Shown: positions 59,327-64,000 of the stretch, piece by piece
Layout of the letters: every line of letters begins with the position of its first letter
Position numbering within the stretch: position 1 is the stretch's first letter
NCBI GenBank assembly: GCA_963708295.1
Contig: CAVPSJ010000014.1
Coordinates: 32,001 to 96,000, forward strand
Length of the DNA: 64,000 nucleotides
DNA from: an uncultured delta proteobacterium
Lineage (GTDB): Bacteria; Desulfobacterota; BSN033; UBA1163
Direction: 5' to 3'
Program-made: the position numbers and the translations under genes
The notes under the pieces: generated by a model
The model's input: only the letters and a program-made list of their open reading frames with translations
The model's database searches: none
Told to the model about the DNA's origin: nothing

Positions 59327-59458
59327 GAGCCTCCACCTTTATCTTTGATACCTCATTCTCGTCCATGAGGCAGATCTTCTCCAAGCCGACTGATGCCTCC
59401 GAGACATCGCGCTATGAAGCGTTGTATGATCATAGGCGACTCCTTGGCTGGAGTGGAT

Positions 59459-60472
59459 TTACGACTTCAGTCCCATAAGCCGTCGGACGTTGCCCTCATA
59501 GATGGCCTGGCGCTCTGACGGCTTAATATCCAAGCTGTCGATGATCTCGATGGTCCAACGGATATAGGCAGTTCCCTTCTCCGGATCGAAAGGCATGTCC
59601 GAAGCAAAGAGGACTCTATCTGTCCCAAAGAATTTCATGCCGCAGATCGTTGCCTCCTTGGACCCGAAGACGGCTGTGTCTGCATAGAAGAGATGGAAGT
59701 AATCGAGCGGCCTCTTTTTCAGTTTTTTCAGACAAGTGGAAGTAGTCTTCATCAGAAGTCCGTGTGCCCAAGCTGGTCCCAGCCGGGACCGACACGACCT
59801 TCAAAGTAGGGGATCATGCCGCCCAGGTGGTGGGTGATGATTTTAAGGTTGGGGTGTTTGTCAAAGAGGCCGGCAAAGACCAGATGGGCCATGGCCACGC
59901 TGGTCTCATAAGGCCAGCCGAAGGTCCACCAGATCTCATAGTGGCTCTTGCGTTCGCCCTTGTAGTCCGGGAAATCGGCCCCCCGGGCCGGGATGAAGCC
60001 AGATGGGCCGGTCGAGTTCAGCCATGAGGTCGAAGAGAGGCATGGTCTCGGGTTTGTCCAGAGGCCGGCCGTTGACATTGGAAAATATCTGAACGCCGAC
60101 GGCCCCGAGGTCCTTGATCGCCCGCCTGGCCTCTTCGAGAAGCCCTTTCGGATCGTTCATCGGCAGGGAGGCGATAAAACCGGGAAAGCGCTTCGGATAT
60201 TTTTGGACCAGTTCCGCCATCCCGTCGTTGGCCAACTTGGCCAGGTCGGTGGAGATCGGAGGAGGACCAAAGGCCTCGATCGGGGGCGATCCGATACAGA
60301 TGATCTGGGCGTAGTCATCGAAGAGGTCCATCATCTTGAACCGGACATCGAGGTCCACGATGCTTGGAACATTGCGGACCCGTTTGTGCATGTCTGCTCC
60401 ATTGGGCAAGAGTTCAAGCATCTTGTCAAAGTATTTCTTGGGAAAGATGTGATTAAAGACGTCGATCTTCAT
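59459..60472 (-). CDS. Amidohydrolase_2-family (aromatic-acid decarboxylase/hydratase-like) protein, frameshifted
   Basis: IDVFNHIFP, LANDGMAE, WLHP, GWPYET, HHLGGMIPYF.GR, FASDMPF. Confidence 0.85.
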
Positions 60473-60523
60473 CGATCATACCTCCTTTATGGGTTACGAT
60501 CAGAATCGGGAAGGTGTCTCACC

Positions 60524-60731
60524 TTACAGGCAGAGCATCTCGGGACCGAACCGTATCGTGATGGCTTCCACCGGGCAATCAAGACGGCAGGAGCCGCAGT
60601 GCCAGCACTCGTCCGGATACTTGACCGTCGGAAGCTTCTTTCTTCTTGTCAAAATGGATCACATCCAGCGGGCAATGCAAGTCGCAGGTTCCGCATTTCT
60701 TGCACTTCTTCAGATCGATCACAGGGGGCAT
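60524..60731 (-). CDS. AprB-like 2x[4Fe-4S] ferredoxin, one frameshift
   Basis: Not in the ORF track. MPPVIDLKKCKKCGTCDLHCPLDV...YPDECWHCGSCRLDCPVEAI. RBS GAGGAG. Confidence 0.85.
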
Positions 60732-60761
60732 GGTTTGCTCCTCTCTTCGCCTCTTTTCCCA

Positions 60762-62472
60762 TCACAGGGGTGGAATCGCATCGTAATTCAGTTTCTTAAA
60801 CTCCGTCTTGATCCCTTGCTCCGTTTTCCACAACACGATCTGTCCATCATATTCCGGCCTTGTTTCCGGGTAATCGGTACGATGATGATAGACGCCAAAC
60901 CGGGTTTCCTTTCGGGCCAGCGAAGCGGTGCACATCATCTTTGCGACCAGCCAGGATCTGTTCCGCTCTCGAGGACCCGGGTCAGTTCATGGTAGTTCTG
61001 GGCGCCAATGCTCTTCAAATACGTTTCCAATTCCTCCAGTTTTTCCAGGGCCACCTGTCAGGCTCTTTTCGTTCCGGGCGGGTCCGGCATTCTGCCAGAG
61101 CATCTTTCGCATCGTGTCTTCAAACTGGCGATGCGGCGATCGTTCCGGAGGCCTGAAGAGGGGCAAAGGTCCTTTTCTTGAGCTGCTTCACCTGGGACAT
61201 TTTCACCTTAGGGCTCTTTGCGGAAGGCCTTGGCATATTCAGCAGCCATCTTGCCGGCCAGATAACCCCCTGTCGTGCAGATATGAACGCAGCGCATCTG
61301 GTCGGAACAGTCACCCGCCGCAAAGAGCCCGGGAACCGTGGAGGCCGTCGTTTTCGTCGATCATGATTCCGCTGCTGTTGACTTCCGATGATCCTCCCTG
61401 CATCCCTTCGGAAGGCATGATTTCGAGAGGTTCTTTTGCCAGATCGATTCCCTTCTGCTCGATGAAATCGGGCAGGGTGTCTTTGTCATATCCCAGGGTC
61501 TTCTTGAGATGGGTCATCTCGCTGGCAGAGAGGTGACGGCAGTCGACATAGACCGGGCCCCTCCCTTCAGAGATCTCCTTCATCACACTCTCGACGAGCT
61601 TAAACCGGGGCGCCCTCACTCCTGCAGGATGATACTTCGGCATGAATTCCTCGCCCGCCGCATTCACAATTCTTCCCCCCATCCCCGTCAGGGCATTGAG
61701 CCCGGCGGCGCTGAATCCTCTCGGGACAAGGGTGATCCGCACGATCTCCATGTTGGCGAGTTTTGCCCCTGCCTCGTAGGCCATGGCCTGGGCAGCGCCT
61801 GTGTTGGCGGGGCACTGCCAGGTATTGAAGGGAAGCCCTGTGGGATTTTCGAAGATGCGGTTGGTGTTTCCCGTCGCAAGGATGACGGCTTTGGCCGTGA
61901 TGGTGTAAAACGTTCCCGTCCTGATATTGAACCCGACCGCACCGGTCACTCTTCCGTTATGGGTCAATAGTCCGGAGATGGCACATTTCTCCAGGGTCTG
62001 AGCGCCGAGGCGTCTGGCCTCCCGGGCGAGCAAGGGGCTTCAGTTGTTTACCGTTAAAATTGATGAAGTACGGACCGGGCTGGCCCATGGAGGTGGTTCG
62101 ATAATAAGTCCCGTCGGTCTGCTTAAGGGTGCATCCTATTCTTTCCATCCTGTCGATGGCTGCCTTCAGTTCTCTGCAGAAGACCGCATTCTGGACGCTC
62201 AGGTTGACTGTTCCCCGGGCGATCTTGCCCACCCATTCAAGGTAGGCCTCCCTTGTATCCCAGGTGTCGGTGCCAAGATAGGCCATGAAATGGTCCACCC
62301 CACCGGCGATCGCTCCGCACCGATCGATCGAGCTCTTGTCAGCGATTAAGACCCTGACGCCTTTTTCGAGGGCCCCGATCGCTGCGTTGTTGCCTGCCAA
62401 ACCACCTCCCACGATCAGCACATCGGTCTCCAGCTTTTCACCCAATTGTTCAACGTCTTTTGCCATATCCAT
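60762..62472 (-). CDS. AprA/SdhA-family flavoprotein (APS-reductase alpha-like), frameshifted
   Basis: ETDVLIVGGGLAGNNAA, RCGAIAGGVDH, AKAVILATG, NTGAAQAMAYEAGAKLANME, RKETRFG. Confidence 0.8.
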
Positions 62473-62483
62473 ACTCCTCTTTT

Positions 62484-64000
62484 CTAAAGATTTATTCTGC
62501 TCCGGCCAAGGCCTTCGCTCTTCGACTCCGGAGTACCAGCCACCTCCTGCAAGACCAAGAGCCCGATCAACCACATAACCCGCCAGACTGGAAAGGGTGT
62601 GAGGATAAACCAATAAGAATCCCCCGATCAGAAACAACAATCGCCTGATCCAGCCAAGATTGCGGAACAAGAAATCCATGAAAGGTAACGGCCATACACC
62701 CGAGCCCGATAAAGGAAGAGATGACCCGGAGGGCAACCATGGCAGGAGAGCCCATGAGCAGGAGTTCGTTGGCGTAGATGTAGAGGTAGGGAACTAAGAA
62801 GGACGGTAAAGAGTAGAAGAAGGTGAGGTTGGTCGTTTTCATGGGATCTGTTTCTGCCAAACCCGCTGCCGCAAAGGAGGTCGGGGCAACAGGAGGGCTG
62901 ATGTTCCCAAGGGCTCCGAAGAAGAAGACGAAGAGGTGCGCTGCCATGGGATGGGCGCCTGCCTTGACAAGGGCAGGGGCAGCTAGGACAGCCAGGATGA
63001 GATAGCAGGTCACCGGTGGAAGCGGAAGTCCAAGGATCAGCGAAGCGATCATCGTCAGAATGAGAAGGACGATCATGCTTCCGCCAGCGAACGTAATCAT
63101 GATATCCGAGAAGCGCATACCGAGGCCGGTCATGCTGATGGCGCCCGTAATCAGACCGGCAGACGCACAGCAGGCAGCGACGATGAGACTCCCCTTTGCA
63201 CCTCTTTCGAGTGCGGTCGCTATCTTCTTGACATTCATCCTCGTCTTTGGACGCAGCTGGCTTGCGATGACACAGGCGACGATCGCCCAAAAGCCGGCCT
63301 TGGGCGTTGACGTCCCCAGGATAGCAACGCAGTAGATCAGGACGAGAATGGGAAAGACCATGTGTCCGCGGTCGAGAAAGGCCTTCTTGAGGCTTGGAAG
63401 TTCTGCCTTTGGAAGGCCCTTGAGCCCATATTTCGCTGACTGGAGTTCGACGATCATATAGACAGAGACATAAAAGAGAAGACCCGGGATCAGGGCGGCC
63501 TTACAGACATCCCAGTAGGACCCGCCAATCATCTCCGGGATGATGAAGGCGACTGAGCCCATCACCGGAGGAATCAGCATACCCCCGGTGGAAGCGAGGG
63601 CTTCGACAGATGCGGCCACAATGGGTCTGTATCCAACCCTTTTCATCAGAGGGATGGTCAGGACGCCCACGGCCGTCACATTGGCCACCTGGTTCCCGGT
63701 GATACTGCCGAACATACAACTGGCCATGACAGCGGCTTTTGCCGGGCCGCCCCGGAATTTTCCAAAGAGGGCAAGCCCCACATCAATGAAAAACGCTCCC
63801 GCCCCGGAAACCAGGAGAAAGGCCCCGAAGGTAACAAAGATGATGATCACTGTTGAAGAGACGCCCAATGGCATCCCCAGGATTCCTTCGGTGCTGAAGA
63901 ACATGAAATTGACGATCTGTTCAAAGGTGAACCCGGTGTGAGCCATGTAGGAGGGAAGGTAGCTCCCGAAGGCGAGGTAGGCAAATCCAACCATGCAAAT
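62484..64000 (-). CDS. TRAP/TAXI fused 4TM/12TM permease (5' end outside window; frameshifts near 3' end)
   Basis: EGILGMPLGVS, RGGPAKAAV, ASTGGMLIPPVMGSVAF, AHLFVFFFG...SPPV. Confidence 0.92.

Noticed and set aside
61957-62736. TRAP permease-flavoprotein fusion ORF
   Set aside because: Frameshift artefact. The flavoprotein has its own RBS (GAGGAG) and ATG at 62472.

Overview
Bacterial chromosomal segment with Desulfobacterota/Deltaproteobacteria-like gene content (host assignment is inference). It has four parts. (1) About 5.4-22.6 kb is an apparently complete OmcS-type cytochrome nanowire locus. It runs from a sigma54 promoter through an NHL propeller, a hexaheme OmcS homolog, a YVTN propeller lipoprotein, an outer-membrane beta-barrel, two CsgG/GNA1162-like proteins, a PPIase chaperone, a 26-heme and a 16-heme cytochrome and a second NHL protein, and ends at a convergent second OmcS paralog. 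This matches the gene order I recall for the Geobacter omcS-companion (osc) cluster. (2) About 26-44 kb is an anaerobic phenolic-catabolism region: TRAP transporter, two phenylacetate-CoA-ligase-family enzymes each followed by an unannotated ~56-aa paralog, LpdD-like protein, UbiX, PpcB-like UbiD, two Tm-1/UPF0261 proteins, LysR and phenylphosphate synthase A/B-like genes. (3) About 44-51.5 kb is an accessory stretch: proteasome-beta-like protein, deacetylase, RHH-PIN toxin-antitoxin pair, MarR regulator, an FG-GAP protein fused to a circularly permuted esterase, and a Cys-rich micro-peptide. (4) About 51.7-64 kb is a minus-strand run of fused TRAP permease, AprA/AprB-like pair, amidohydrolase, MoaD/ThiS, Mo-hydroxylase L/M/S, aryl-AMP ligase and a TAT-less reductive dehalogenase. 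Intergenic spaces are dense with nested palindromic 7/8-mer repeats, boxC-like repeats around a DUF559 nuclease, MITEs and two orphan structured non-coding segments. Many genes are split by frameshifts, most likely long-read indel errors. No rRNA, tRNA or CRISPR array was seen.
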